A DNA stretch of 64,000 nt. Origin: Candidatus Buchananbacteria bacterium. GTDB lineage: Bacteria; Patescibacteriota; Patescibacteriia; 2-01-FULL-39-33; JBAYJR01. Under the pieces are notes generated by a model that was not told where the DNA came from, ran no database searches, and saw only the letters and a program-made list of their open reading frames with translations. The position numbers were made by a program, and so were the translations under genes. Each line of letters starts with the position of its first letter. The first letter of the stretch is position 1. Shown in pieces: positions 27,195 through 35,985 of the stretch. The stretch spans positions 25,120-89,119 of the forward strand of contig JBAYJR010000002.1 of assembly GCA_041665005.1 (NCBI GenBank), read 5' to 3'.

Positions 27195-27920
27195 ATGGAA
27201 AAACTTTATTTAAAAAATTTGGTTGCGGCGGGCGTGCTGGGAGTAGCGTTAATTATCTCCACCATTTACGCCTCGCAAACTTTTTATCAGGTTAAGTCAT
27301 TAGATAACGCTTTGTCGGTTACCGGTTCAGCTAAGCAACAAATTACCTCAGACAGCGTTAAATGGATTAGCAGTTTTACCCGCACGGTGGCCATTGATCA
27401 ATTAAAAGGCGGTTATGACCAAATGAGAAGCGATCAGGCTTTAGTAACTAAGTTTTATAAAGACAACGGTTTTGCAGAAAGCGATTTATTAATTTCGCCG
27501 GTAACTTTAGAGCAACCTTTTAAATATGATGCTAATGCACCCAAACAATATCAGCTAACGCAAACCGTGCAATTACAATCTACAGACCTTAAAAAAGTTA
27601 CCGAATTGGCAAAAAATACTAAGAGTTTGATTGATGCCGGAGTAATTTTTGCTAATCAATCCCTAGAATATTATTACAGTAAGTTGCCTGAGTTGCGCAT
27701 TTCTATGTTATCGCAGGCGATTGCGGACGCTAAAACCCGGGCGGAAAAATTAGCCGAAAGTAGCGGTAAAAAAGTTGGCACCTTAAAATCAGCCAGTATG
27801 GGTGTAGTGCAGGTGACGCCGGTCAATTCGGTAGATGTGGCTGATTACGGTTCGTATGATACCTCTACCATTGATAAAGAAGTAATGGTAACAGTTAAAG
27901 CGCTCTTTACTTTAAAGTAA
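27195..27920 (+). CDS. SIMPL domain (DUF541) protein
   Basis: N-terminal TM, then the typical SIMPL pattern ...LQSTDLKKV...SQAIADAKTRAEKLAESSGKKVGTLKS... Confidence 0.7.
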   Translation: MEKLYLKNLVAAGVLGVALIISTIYASQTFYQVKSLDNALSVTGSAKQQITSDSVKWISSFTRTVAIDQLKGGYDQMRSDQALVTKFYKDNGFAESDLLISPVTLEQPFKYDANAPKQYQLTQTVQLQSTDLKKVTELAKNTKSLIDAGVIFANQSLEYYYSKLPELRISMLSQAIADAKTRAEKLAESSGKKVGTLKSASMGVVQVTPVNSVDVADYGSYDTSTIDKEVMVTVKALFTLK

Positions 27921-27940
27921 GAATCAGCTTGATAATTAAG

Positions 27941-27967
27941 AGCCCCGCCAAGCGGGGTTCTTTTTTG
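27941..27967 (+). terminator. rho-independent terminator after the SIMPL gene
   Basis: ccccgc-caa-gcgggg followed by a T-run. Confidence 0.7.
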
Positions 27968-28016
27968 TTAAATAAAAAAGATCGGAATTTAATTATTCCG
28001 ATCTTGGTTTCACTTT

Positions 28017-28439
28017 TCAGATGGTTGGCTCTAAAAAATTTTTTAAGCCAATACAGACAATTAACATAAACATTGATCCGCCGCCAGAAAAAAAACATAG
28101 GCGGGTCAGTGACCAAGTGATATTATTTGGCCACAATAAAAAAAGAATGAATACACAAAAGGTAGCAATGGCGTATAGTATCAAATAAGCTAGGTAATGC
28201 AATATCCACCAGGTTCTAATGGCCCAAGGATCAAAATTGGCTTGATCATTCGAAGGTTGATTGTAAGGACCAATCAGCCAAAGAAATATTAATGGCAGAA
28301 GTAAGCCACTGATACTAAATAAAAATGCCAATTCATTGGTACCAAACAGGACTGAAATCGCGGCACTTAACATCGCTATTAATGATGCAAGGTGTATAAA
28401 TATGTTTAGGTTTGCAAATGACCAGGTATATTCTTTCAT
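28017..28439 (-). CDS. polytopic membrane protein, hypothetical
   Basis: Four predicted TM helices. Minus-strand terminator hairpin at 27971..28006. Confidence 0.5.
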   Translation of the reverse strand: MKEYTWSFANLNIFIHLASLIAMLSAAISVLFGTNELAFLFSISGLLLPLIFLWLIGPYNQPSNDQANFDPWAIRTWWILHYLAYLILYAIATFCVFILFLLWPNNITWSLTRLCFFSGGGSMFMLIVCIGLKNFLEPTI

Positions 28440-28573
28440 AATACCCTCCTTTTTTTGTAATATAATTGAAAAATCTTAAACTGTCAAGGGTAAAAATTTG
28501 TTAAAATTTAAGGTAGTTTATTAGTTAATTAAAATAAAAAAAGATCGGCATTATTCCCGATCTTTTAAAAATT

Positions 28574-28777
28574 TTACTGTGTCCAAATGATATATAACCA
28601 TAGCAAGAAGATCATAAATAGCATAATTTGGAGTATGCTCAAAAGACAGAGCGCAGCCGCTGATATTGCTATATTCTGCCAGGTGGCAAATTTGTAGTAG
28701 ATCAGTGGCAGAAAACAAATTATTGCGCCAATGGCAGTATAAAGAATTTGGTAACCCTGATGCTTTATTTGTGTCAT
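28574..28777 (-). CDS. small two-TM membrane protein, hypothetical
   Basis: RBS aaggagg upstream on the minus strand, and a minus-strand terminator at 28535..28566. Confidence 0.5.
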   Translation of the reverse strand: MTQIKHQGYQILYTAIGAIICFLPLIYYKFATWQNIAISAAALCLLSILQIMLFMIFLLWLYIIWTQ

Positions 28778-28892
28778 GATTGTGCCTCCTTGGTTGATAA
28801 GTTAAGGGTAATTTAGCTTAAATTGATTGATTTGTCAAAAATGTTTAGACCTTTCGGGATTTTAAAAAATGTATTATAATAATAAGGAATTT

Positions 28893-29903
28893 ATGACTAA
28901 GAATATTCAAATAGTTTGCTTGGGTTCTATTTCTCGCGATTTGATGTTTTATACACCCGCGGGCAAGGTTTTTATTGATCAGAATAATCAAGTTGATTCT
29001 CAGTGGTTAGCCTTTGTTTTGGCTACCAAAGTTGATATGCCAGAATTTTATTATACTTGGGGCGGGGGTGCGGCCAATACCGCCGTTGGTTTAGCCAAGC
29101 TGGGTTTAAAAGTAGGAGTGGTTGGTTGTATTGGTGATGATCATGATGGTCGTCGAGCACTGGTTAATTTAAAAAATTTTAAAGTTGATACTACCGGAGT
29201 CACTAAGACCAAAAAAGCCCAAACTGGCTTGTCTATTATTGTTAGCCGACAGTCGGTAGACAAGGAACACGTCGCTTTTGTTCATCGCGGTGCTAATGAT
29301 TATTTTAAATTTGTTTGCCCTACTAAATATTTAGCGGCTAAATATTTTTACCTTAATACTTTAAACGGGGAGGCCTGGCTAAAGATTTTAAAACAAATTT
29401 TTGCAACAGCCCGACAGCAACAAATTAAAATTTATTGGAACCCAGGCGGTAAGCAGTTAGCGGCTGGATTGAAAGCTCTAGAACCATTTTTAGCACAAAC
29501 TGAGATTTTACAGCTTAACCAGGAAGAAGCCAAAAAGTTGCTAGTTTCAGCGTTGTCAGCTGCAGATTTAAGTCAGCCCAAGCGGCTGTTAATTGGTTTG
29601 TCTGCCTTGGGCCCAAAACTGGTTATAGTTACTTTGGGTGAACAAGGGGCAATAGTTTATGATGGTCATAATTTTTATAGCCAGCCAATTTATCCCAGTA
29701 AAAATGTAGATACAATTGGGGTAGGTGATTCCTTTGGTGCTGCCTTTTTAGCCAGTTTGATTTATCAGCCCCAGCAAATTACTACGGCCCTGGCTTGGGG
29801 GTTAATTAATTCCGGTTGTAACGTGGCTAAAATTGGCGCGCAGGAGGGAATTATCACTAAAGCCGAAATTTCTAAAAAATTTAAGCAGTGGTTTAAATCA
29901 TAA
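28893..29903 (+). CDS. PfkB-family carbohydrate/nucleoside kinase
   Basis: N-terminal GxGSxxxD and a C-terminal DTIGVGDSFGAAF anion-hole motif. Start placed at the ATG at 28893 (RBS taagga), not the ORF-track start at 28869. Confidence 0.8.
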   Translation: MTKNIQIVCLGSISRDLMFYTPAGKVFIDQNNQVDSQWLAFVLATKVDMPEFYYTWGGGAANTAVGLAKLGLKVGVVGCIGDDHDGRRALVNLKNFKVDTTGVTKTKKAQTGLSIIVSRQSVDKEHVAFVHRGANDYFKFVCPTKYLAAKYFYLNTLNGEAWLKILKQIFATARQQQIKIYWNPGGKQLAAGLKALEPFLAQTEILQLNQEEAKKLLVSALSAADLSQPKRLLIGLSALGPKLVIVTLGEQGAIVYDGHNFYSQPIYPSKNVDTIGVGDSFGAAFLASLIYQPQQITTALAWGLINSGCNVAKIGAQEGIITKAEISKKFKQWFKS

Positions 29904-30058
29904 GTTATTTTTTTTATGATGTTTAGTAAGCTTTTTTTGCCCATTGTTTTGATTGTAATTTTGGCCATTGTTTTGGTTAAAATTATTCAGCAAAAAATGA
30001 GCTAAGTGGTCAGCAAAAGACAGTTCTTTAATTAGCTGGGTATTTTCAGTAATTTTTT

Positions 30059-31225
30059 ATGGCAAAAATTTTGGTGCTAAATTCAGGCAGCACTTTTTTA
30101 AATTTTAAATTGTATAATTCGGTTGATTTAACCTTGTTGGCGTTTGGGCAAATTACCGGTATTACTACTGCTCCGGCCAGTTATTCTTTGAATGATTTAG
30201 AGCATCAAGCTTTAACGGCTAAAACTTTTCCCGAAGGTTTGGCTGACCACGAAGATGCTTGGTTATTGTTGTCTGGTTTTTTAAAAAATTATCAGGAGCA
30301 AATTGTGGCGATTGGTCATTTGATTTTAAGAGGCAGTAAAGATTTTTGTCAAACCACGATAGTTAATGAAATTAATTTTGAATCTTTGGCTAAAACACTG
30401 GATTACTCCCCGCCGGAGCAAAAGGTTAATTTATATTATTTGCAGGAAAGTTTAACCAAATTTAAAAGTGCTTTACAGTTTGCTATTTTTGATGACACTT
30501 GGTATCAAACTGTTCCTTTGGCCGCTAAAATTTTACCCCTGCCATTGGCTTATTATCGGGAGCATAAAATAAGGCGCTATGGTAGTGATGGAGTTTTGCA
30601 TCGGCAAATACTAAATTTGGCTAGTTCAGAATTAATTATTCCAGTTAGTCGAGCCAAAGTAATTACTGGTTATTTAGATAAAACCTTAAGTTTGGTGGCG
30701 GTTAAGCGCGGTCAAGTATTGGAGTTTAGCGGTGGCTTTGGCAAAGCCGAAGGTTTATTTGGTTTAACGGAAGCGGGAGAAATTGACCCCGAAGTAATTT
30801 GGTATTTGCAAAATAAATTTAATCTTTCGGCTAAGGAAGCAGTGGAAATTTTTAGAGAAAAATCCGGTTTGGTCGGTTTGTGTGGGATTGATAATTGGCC
30901 GGAATTTTTATTTTTGGCTGGAGAAAAAATTGATTATACTCCCAAAGTAAAAAGATTAGCCGAAGAAAAGGAAATGGTTAAGTTAGCCAAGGAAGTAGTG
31001 GTTTATCGGTTAGCTAAGGCTTTGGCCGGCTTGGCAGGCTTGCTCGGTCAAGTGGAAGCGGTGGTTTTAGCTGGGGAGTTAAGCGAGTTAGGTAAAAATT
31101 TAATCAAGCAAGTTTTGCATAAGGCTAATTTAGATCAGGCCCAAAAAATTTTTGTTAAAACTGATTTAGCCTTAGCGTTAGCGCAAGAAGTGTCGGCACA
31201 ACTAAAAACTAATATAAAGAAATAA
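30059..31225 (+). CDS. acetate/propionate kinase family protein with degenerate active site (probable pseudoenzyme)
   Basis: Clear AckA-like blocks: ILVLNSGSTFLNF (AckA VLVLNCGSSSLKF), AIGHLILRGS (AIGHRIVHGG), IRRYGSDGVLHRQ (IRRYGAHGTSHFY), GLTEAGEIDP (GTRSGDIDP) and VYRLAKAL (CHRLAKY). Catalytic His91, His180 and Arg241 are replaced. Confidence 0.7.
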   Translation: MAKILVLNSGSTFLNFKLYNSVDLTLLAFGQITGITTAPASYSLNDLEHQALTAKTFPEGLADHEDAWLLLSGFLKNYQEQIVAIGHLILRGSKDFCQTTIVNEINFESLAKTLDYSPPEQKVNLYYLQESLTKFKSALQFAIFDDTWYQTVPLAAKILPLPLAYYREHKIRRYGSDGVLHRQILNLASSELIIPVSRAKVITGYLDKTLSLVAVKRGQVLEFSGGFGKAEGLFGLTEAGEIDPEVIWYLQNKFNLSAKEAVEIFREKSGLVGLCGIDNWPEFLFLAGEKIDYTPKVKRLAEEKEMVKLAKEVVVYRLAKALAGLAGLLGQVEAVVLAGELSELGKNLIKQVLHKANLDQAQKIFVKTDLALALAQEVSAQLKTNIKK

Positions 31226-32914
31226 ATGGCTTGGCTAAAAATTTTAAACAAACAAAGTAAAAATATCACTTCGGCTGCGATTATTATTGGCGGTACTTCG
31301 TTGGCTTCACGGGTGTTAGGGATGTTTCGTGATCGTATCTTGGCGGGAGAATTTGGTACCAGTAATATTTTGGATGCTTATTATGCCGCTTTTCGCATTC
31401 CCGATTTAGTTTATAATTTATTAGTATTAGGGGCCTTGTCAGCGGGTTTGATTCCGGTTTTTTCGGCCTATTTGGCCATGAATAAAACTGCCGAGGGTTA
31501 TCGGGTGATAAATATTTTGTTAAATTTAATCAGTGTATTTTTAATTATTGTTTGCGCTTTATTGGCAATTTTTGCTGGTCAATTAGTGCCGTTAATTACG
31601 CCGGGCTTTAGTGGCGATAAACTAGCTTTAACCATCCAGTTTAGTCGGATTATGTTTTTGTCGCCGATTTTTTTAGGCTTATCCGGGATTTTCGGTTCAA
31701 TTACTCAGTCACTTAAAAGATTTTTTATTTATTCTTTGGCGCCAATTATGTATAATTTTGGCATTATTATTGGGGCGCTATTTTTTGTAAAATGGTGGGG
31801 GCCGATTGGTTTGGCCTGGGGGGTAGTGGTCGGTGCGGCTTTGCATTTTTTTATTCAGCTAGTTGGTTTACACGGCAGTGGTTATCGTTATCAATGGTTA
31901 TGGCAGTGGCGTCATCCAGGAGTAAAACAAATTAGTTGGTTAATGATCCCGAGAGTTTTAGCTTTATCTATTTCACAAATTAGCTTAACGGTAGAAACAA
32001 TTATTTGTTCAACTTTGGCGGCGGGCAGTTTAGTAGTGTTTTCTTTTGCCAATAATTTGCAAAGTTTTCCGTTAGGGGTGTTTGCCATTTCTTTTGCGGT
32101 GGCTGCGCTACCAACTTTATCAGAATTTGCTGCGCAAGCTAAAATTTCCGATTTTATTAATAGTCTATCCAGTACTTTGCGGCAGATTATTTTTTGGTTA
32201 GCGCCAATTTCAGTTTTACTGTTTGTGTTACGGGCGCAAATCGTTCGGGTGTTATTAGGCACCGGTCAGTTTGACTGGGAGGCTACCCGTTTGACGGCGG
32301 CGTTGTTGGCAGTTTTTGCGGTTAGTTTGCTGGCTCAAGGTTTAGTGCCGTTGCTTACCCGGGCTTTTTACGCTTGGCAGGATACCAAAACGCCATTTTA
32401 TTTAGGCTTGATTCACGCTGCCATTAATGTTTCTTTGGCTTTAGTTTTAGTTAAGGTTCTTTCGCAATTTAATTTATTTACTTTTTTTATCAAGAGCACT
32501 CTCAAATTATCAGATTTGGCGGATATCAGAGTTTTGGCCCTGCCGTTGGCTTATGGCTTGGCTCATCTTTTTTATATTTTAGCTTTACTATATTTTTTAA
32601 GAAAAAAAATTGGTCGGTTGGATGGCCGAAAAATTTTTGATTCCACTTGGCGAATTTTATTTTCTAGTCTTGGTTCGGGTTTGGTCGCTTTTTATACTTT
32701 AAGATTAGTTAATCAGTTCGTCAGTTTAAATTCTTTTAGTGGAGTTTTAACCCAAGGTTTGACGGCCGGTGTTTTGGGTGTTTTAACTTATATTATTTTA
32801 GGCATCTTATTAAATAGTGAAGAAATTAAACTTTTCTTAGCGGCTTGGCAAAAAAAACTGTTTAGGCAAGTGGTGGTTGACAAAACTGGTGTGGGCGAGG
32901 GGACTACGCTATAA
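31226..32914 (+). CDS. murJ: lipid II flippase MurJ
   Basis: About 14 TM helices and the N-terminal MurJ/MviN signature RDRILAGEFGTSNILDAYYAAFRIPDL. Confidence 0.85.
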   Translation: MAWLKILNKQSKNITSAAIIIGGTSLASRVLGMFRDRILAGEFGTSNILDAYYAAFRIPDLVYNLLVLGALSAGLIPVFSAYLAMNKTAEGYRVINILLNLISVFLIIVCALLAIFAGQLVPLITPGFSGDKLALTIQFSRIMFLSPIFLGLSGIFGSITQSLKRFFIYSLAPIMYNFGIIIGALFFVKWWGPIGLAWGVVVGAALHFFIQLVGLHGSGYRYQWLWQWRHPGVKQISWLMIPRVLALSISQISLTVETIICSTLAAGSLVVFSFANNLQSFPLGVFAISFAVAALPTLSEFAAQAKISDFINSLSSTLRQIIFWLAPISVLLFVLRAQIVRVLLGTGQFDWEATRLTAALLAVFAVSLLAQGLVPLLTRAFYAWQDTKTPFYLGLIHAAINVSLALVLVKVLSQFNLFTFFIKSTLKLSDLADIRVLALPLAYGLAHLFYILALLYFLRKKIGRLDGRKIFDSTWRILFSSLGSGLVAFYTLRLVNQFVSLNSFSGVLTQGLTAGVLGVLTYIILGILLNSEEIKLFLAAWQKKLFRQVVVDKTGVGEGTTL

Positions 32915-32929
32915 TAACTAAAAGTTTTT

Positions 32930-34960
32930 ATGAAACTACAAAATTTTTTATTTCCGAAGACAATTGCCGTAATTGGGGCCTCGGCTAATCCGGCCAAGCT
33001 GGGTTATCAAATTTTAAATAATATTTTAGCCGGTGGTTTTACGGGTCAAGTTTATCCTATAAATTTGCAGGCGCAAACAATCTTGGGTTTAGCTACTGTG
33101 GCTAATATTAAACAACTTAAGCCTCCGGTTGATTTAGCTATTATTGCCATTCCAGCCGCTTTGGTTTTAGCGGAAGTAGAAAATTGCGCGATAGCCGGAA
33201 TAAAAAATTTAGTAATTATTACAGCCGGGTTTGGCGAATTAAATTTGGCCGGTAAAAAATTAGAGCAACAACTAGAGGGTTTAGTTAAAAAGTATCAGTT
33301 AAATATTTTGGGCCCTAACTGCTTAGGCTTTGTTAATAGTGGACTTAAATTAAACGCGACCTTTGCCAAAACCGATCTAAAGTCCGGTCGGGTGGCTTTT
33401 CTGTCGCAATCGGGAGCGATTGGTAGTGCGGTTTTGGATTTAGCGGCTAAACAGAACTTTGGCTTTTCTTATTTTTTAAGTTTAGGCAACAAAGCGGATT
33501 TAACCGAAAATGATTGTTTAGAATTTTTGGCTAATGATCCGCAAACAGATTTAATTGTGATTTATTTAGAAAGCATTGCGGCTGGGCAAAGGATGTTAAG
33601 TTTATTAACAAAAATTTCGGCCAAAAAACCAGTAGCTATTCTTAAGGCAGGGATAACCAAGGCGGGAGCGCAAGCCGCCTTGTCTCACACCGGTAGCTTG
33701 GCTTCTTCGGCGGTGGCAGTGCAGGCTGCTTGGGCGCGCGCGGGAGTAATTGAGCTTAAAAATATCGGCGAGATGTTTAATTTGCTAGAGGTGTATCAAA
33801 CTAAGTTGTTAAAGGGTAACGATGAATTATTTATTTTGTCTAATGCCGGCGGGCCTTTGGTGGTTACTGTTGATGCTTTAAGTGAATTGAATTTAAGTTT
33901 GGGGCAATATACTCCGGCTCTAACTAAAAAGCTAAGTCAGGTTTTGCCACCAACAGTGCAAGTTAAAAATCCGCTAGATATTTTAGGTGATGCCGAGCCG
34001 GCTCGTTACCAATTGGCGATTGACGGTTTGTTGGCGGAACCAAAAGTTCATAACTTGTTAATTTTATTAACCCCGCAAACCGCCACCTTGGTTAAAGAAA
34101 CAGCTTTGGTAATTACCCAGGCGGTTAAAAAATATCCACAAAAAAATATTTTTGTCAGTTTTATCGGTGGTCAAGCAATTATGCCGGCTTTAGAAATTTT
34201 GCAAACGGTTGATTTAATTAATTTTATTAACCCCGCCGAATTGGTTGGTTTGTTGGCAAAAATTTTTAATTACAAAAACAGTCGGCAGTTAATTAAACCG
34301 TATTTATTATCAACCAAGCCGGCTTCGGCGGTGATTAAAAACGAGCAATTGGATTTTTTGGCGGCTCAAAAATTATTAACCCAAGCCGGTATTCAGTTTG
34401 TAAATACTAAAGTGATTAAAAGGTTAGCAGATTTAGAAACTTTAAAATACCCGATAGTTTTAAAAGTGGTTGGCCCTAAAATTATTCATAAAACTGAATT
34501 GCAAGCGGTGCTTACTAATTTGACTGGTTTAACAACCGCACAAAAGGCTTATTTAAAATTAAGTAAAATTGCCCAAAAGTTTTCGGCGCAAGTGATTGCT
34601 CAGGCAATGGTTAAGGAGGCTCAAGAAATAATGATTGGGTTTAAACAAGACCCAAATTTTGGTCCGTTGGTAATAGTTGGTCAGGGTGGTATTTATGCCG
34701 AAGTTTTTAAAGATGTTCAAGTTGCAATTGCTGATCTTGATCAGTTTGCGGCTTTAGCGTTGCTAAAGCAATTGAAAATTTATCCAATTTTAGCCGGCAG
34801 TCGTGGCCTTTTGCCAGTCAATCTTAAAGCTTTAGCTCAAGTTATTGTCAAAATAGCCAGGTTGGCACAACAAAATCCCCAGTGGCAAGAGCTAGATTTA
34901 AATCCGGTGTTTGTTGGTAAACAAAAAGTGTTAGCGGTTGATGTAAGAATTATTATTTAG
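32930..34960 (+). CDS. acetate--CoA ligase (ADP-forming), fused alpha/beta (NDP-forming acyl-CoA synthetase)
   Basis: N-terminal CoA-binding KTIAVIGAS, succinyl-CoA-synthetase-like flavodoxin domain containing the phospho-His loop LSHTGSLASS (the residues flanking the phospho-His), and a C-terminal ATP-grasp domain. Confidence 0.85.
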   Translation: MKLQNFLFPKTIAVIGASANPAKLGYQILNNILAGGFTGQVYPINLQAQTILGLATVANIKQLKPPVDLAIIAIPAALVLAEVENCAIAGIKNLVIITAGFGELNLAGKKLEQQLEGLVKKYQLNILGPNCLGFVNSGLKLNATFAKTDLKSGRVAFLSQSGAIGSAVLDLAAKQNFGFSYFLSLGNKADLTENDCLEFLANDPQTDLIVIYLESIAAGQRMLSLLTKISAKKPVAILKAGITKAGAQAALSHTGSLASSAVAVQAAWARAGVIELKNIGEMFNLLEVYQTKLLKGNDELFILSNAGGPLVVTVDALSELNLSLGQYTPALTKKLSQVLPPTVQVKNPLDILGDAEPARYQLAIDGLLAEPKVHNLLILLTPQTATLVKETALVITQAVKKYPQKNIFVSFIGGQAIMPALEILQTVDLINFINPAELVGLLAKIFNYKNSRQLIKPYLLSTKPASAVIKNEQLDFLAAQKLLTQAGIQFVNTKVIKRLADLETLKYPIVLKVVGPKIIHKTELQAVLTNLTGLTTAQKAYLKLSKIAQKFSAQVIAQAMVKEAQEIMIGFKQDPNFGPLVIVGQGGIYAEVFKDVQVAIADLDQFAALALLKQLKIYPILAGSRGLLPVNLKALAQVIVKIARLAQQNPQWQELDLNPVFVGKQKVLAVDVRIII

Positions 34961-35066
34961 TTTTGTTACTTAAAAATACAACCAGGCCTAAAGCCTGGTT
35001 TTTTGACTTGACAGTTATTTTGTTTATTGATAAGGTTTTCTTAATTAAAACAAAGGAGGCTAGTAT

Positions 35067-35609
35067 ATGGCTAGAATTTTGTTAGTAACTACAGCTAACA
35101 ATCAGATCATTACCAATCTAAGTGAGGCGGGTAATGTCATGATAGTAGTAGAAGAGGAAAAAGAAGTAAGGGTATTGTGGAAAGGGTCGGCGGTTAATGA
35201 TAAGGTTTTAAAAAGATACGTTGAAGGTCTTACCGCCTTAAAAAAATTCAATATTTTAGCTAAAAATCCGGAAGCGGAAATTTTAGCTAAAATAAAACCC
35301 GTGAGTTTAAAGGAGAATCCTATGCCCAAAGAAAAGAAAAATAAGAAGTCAGTATTAGTGGAGGTCGGTACCGAAGGAACTAGACCGGGCTATGTGGGAG
35401 TTTTTGAGGGTGGTGAAACCCCAGCGACTAAAGCCCCGTGTGTTGTTTCGGTAGAAATGAGCTCCGAAGGGGCAATTTCTAATAAACCCGCTTATGTGAA
35501 GGTTTATCGAGATGGAAAGTTGATCGTTGATGTGGAGGCAGTAGTGGAACAAAGACCAGGGGGCGACGGGGGAATGTATCCCGTTGTTAAACTTAAATTA
35601 AAACAATAA
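35067..35609 (+). CDS. hypothetical protein
   Basis: RBS aaggagg 7 nt upstream. Terminator hairpin at 35614..35643. Confidence 0.5.
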   Translation: MARILLVTTANNQIITNLSEAGNVMIVVEEEKEVRVLWKGSAVNDKVLKRYVEGLTALKKFNILAKNPEAEILAKIKPVSLKENPMPKEKKNKKSVLVEVGTEGTRPGYVGVFEGGETPATKAPCVVSVEMSSEGAISNKPAYVKVYRDGKLIVDVEAVVEQRPGGDGGMYPVVKLKLKQ

Positions 35610-35700
35610 CTGCCAAGCGTATCCTTTAGGATACGCTTTTTTTATCCTTGACTATTTGCCGTTTTTTTGCTAGGGTATATTTAATTAAGGAGGTGTAATT

Positions 35701-35895
35701 ATGGCTGCTGTAAGGATCGTTGTAAAAGGCCCAACTGGTACAGTAAGTTTATTGCAAGTTTGTAAAGAGAGGGGGGAACTGGAGATTGTTACGGTTCGTC
35801 CCGCCGAAAGTTGTGCTATTTTTCTTGAGAAAGACGAAGGTGGAATGACCTGTATTTTTGGTGACGCTAATCTCGCCAAAGAAATAACAAGTTGA
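35701..35895 (+). CDS. hypothetical small protein (64 aa)
   Basis: RBS aggaggtg, upstream TTGACT promoter element, and a perfect terminator at 35911..35946. Confidence 0.5.
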   Translation: MAAVRIVVKGPTGTVSLLQVCKERGELEIVTVRPAESCAIFLEKDEGGMTCIFGDANLAKEITS

Positions 35896-35985
35896 TTCCG
35901 TTAAAAATTTTTAATCCCGCTAAAGTAATTTAGCGGGATTTTTTCTTGATTAATTAACGGTTTTTTGCTATAATGTTGGAGTTTT

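Noticed and set aside
35685-35879. 64-aa minus-strand ORF mirror-overlapping the + ORF 35701..35895
   Set aside because: The + strand ORF has a GGAGGTG RBS, promoter and terminator. The minus frame has none and is an antisense shadow.
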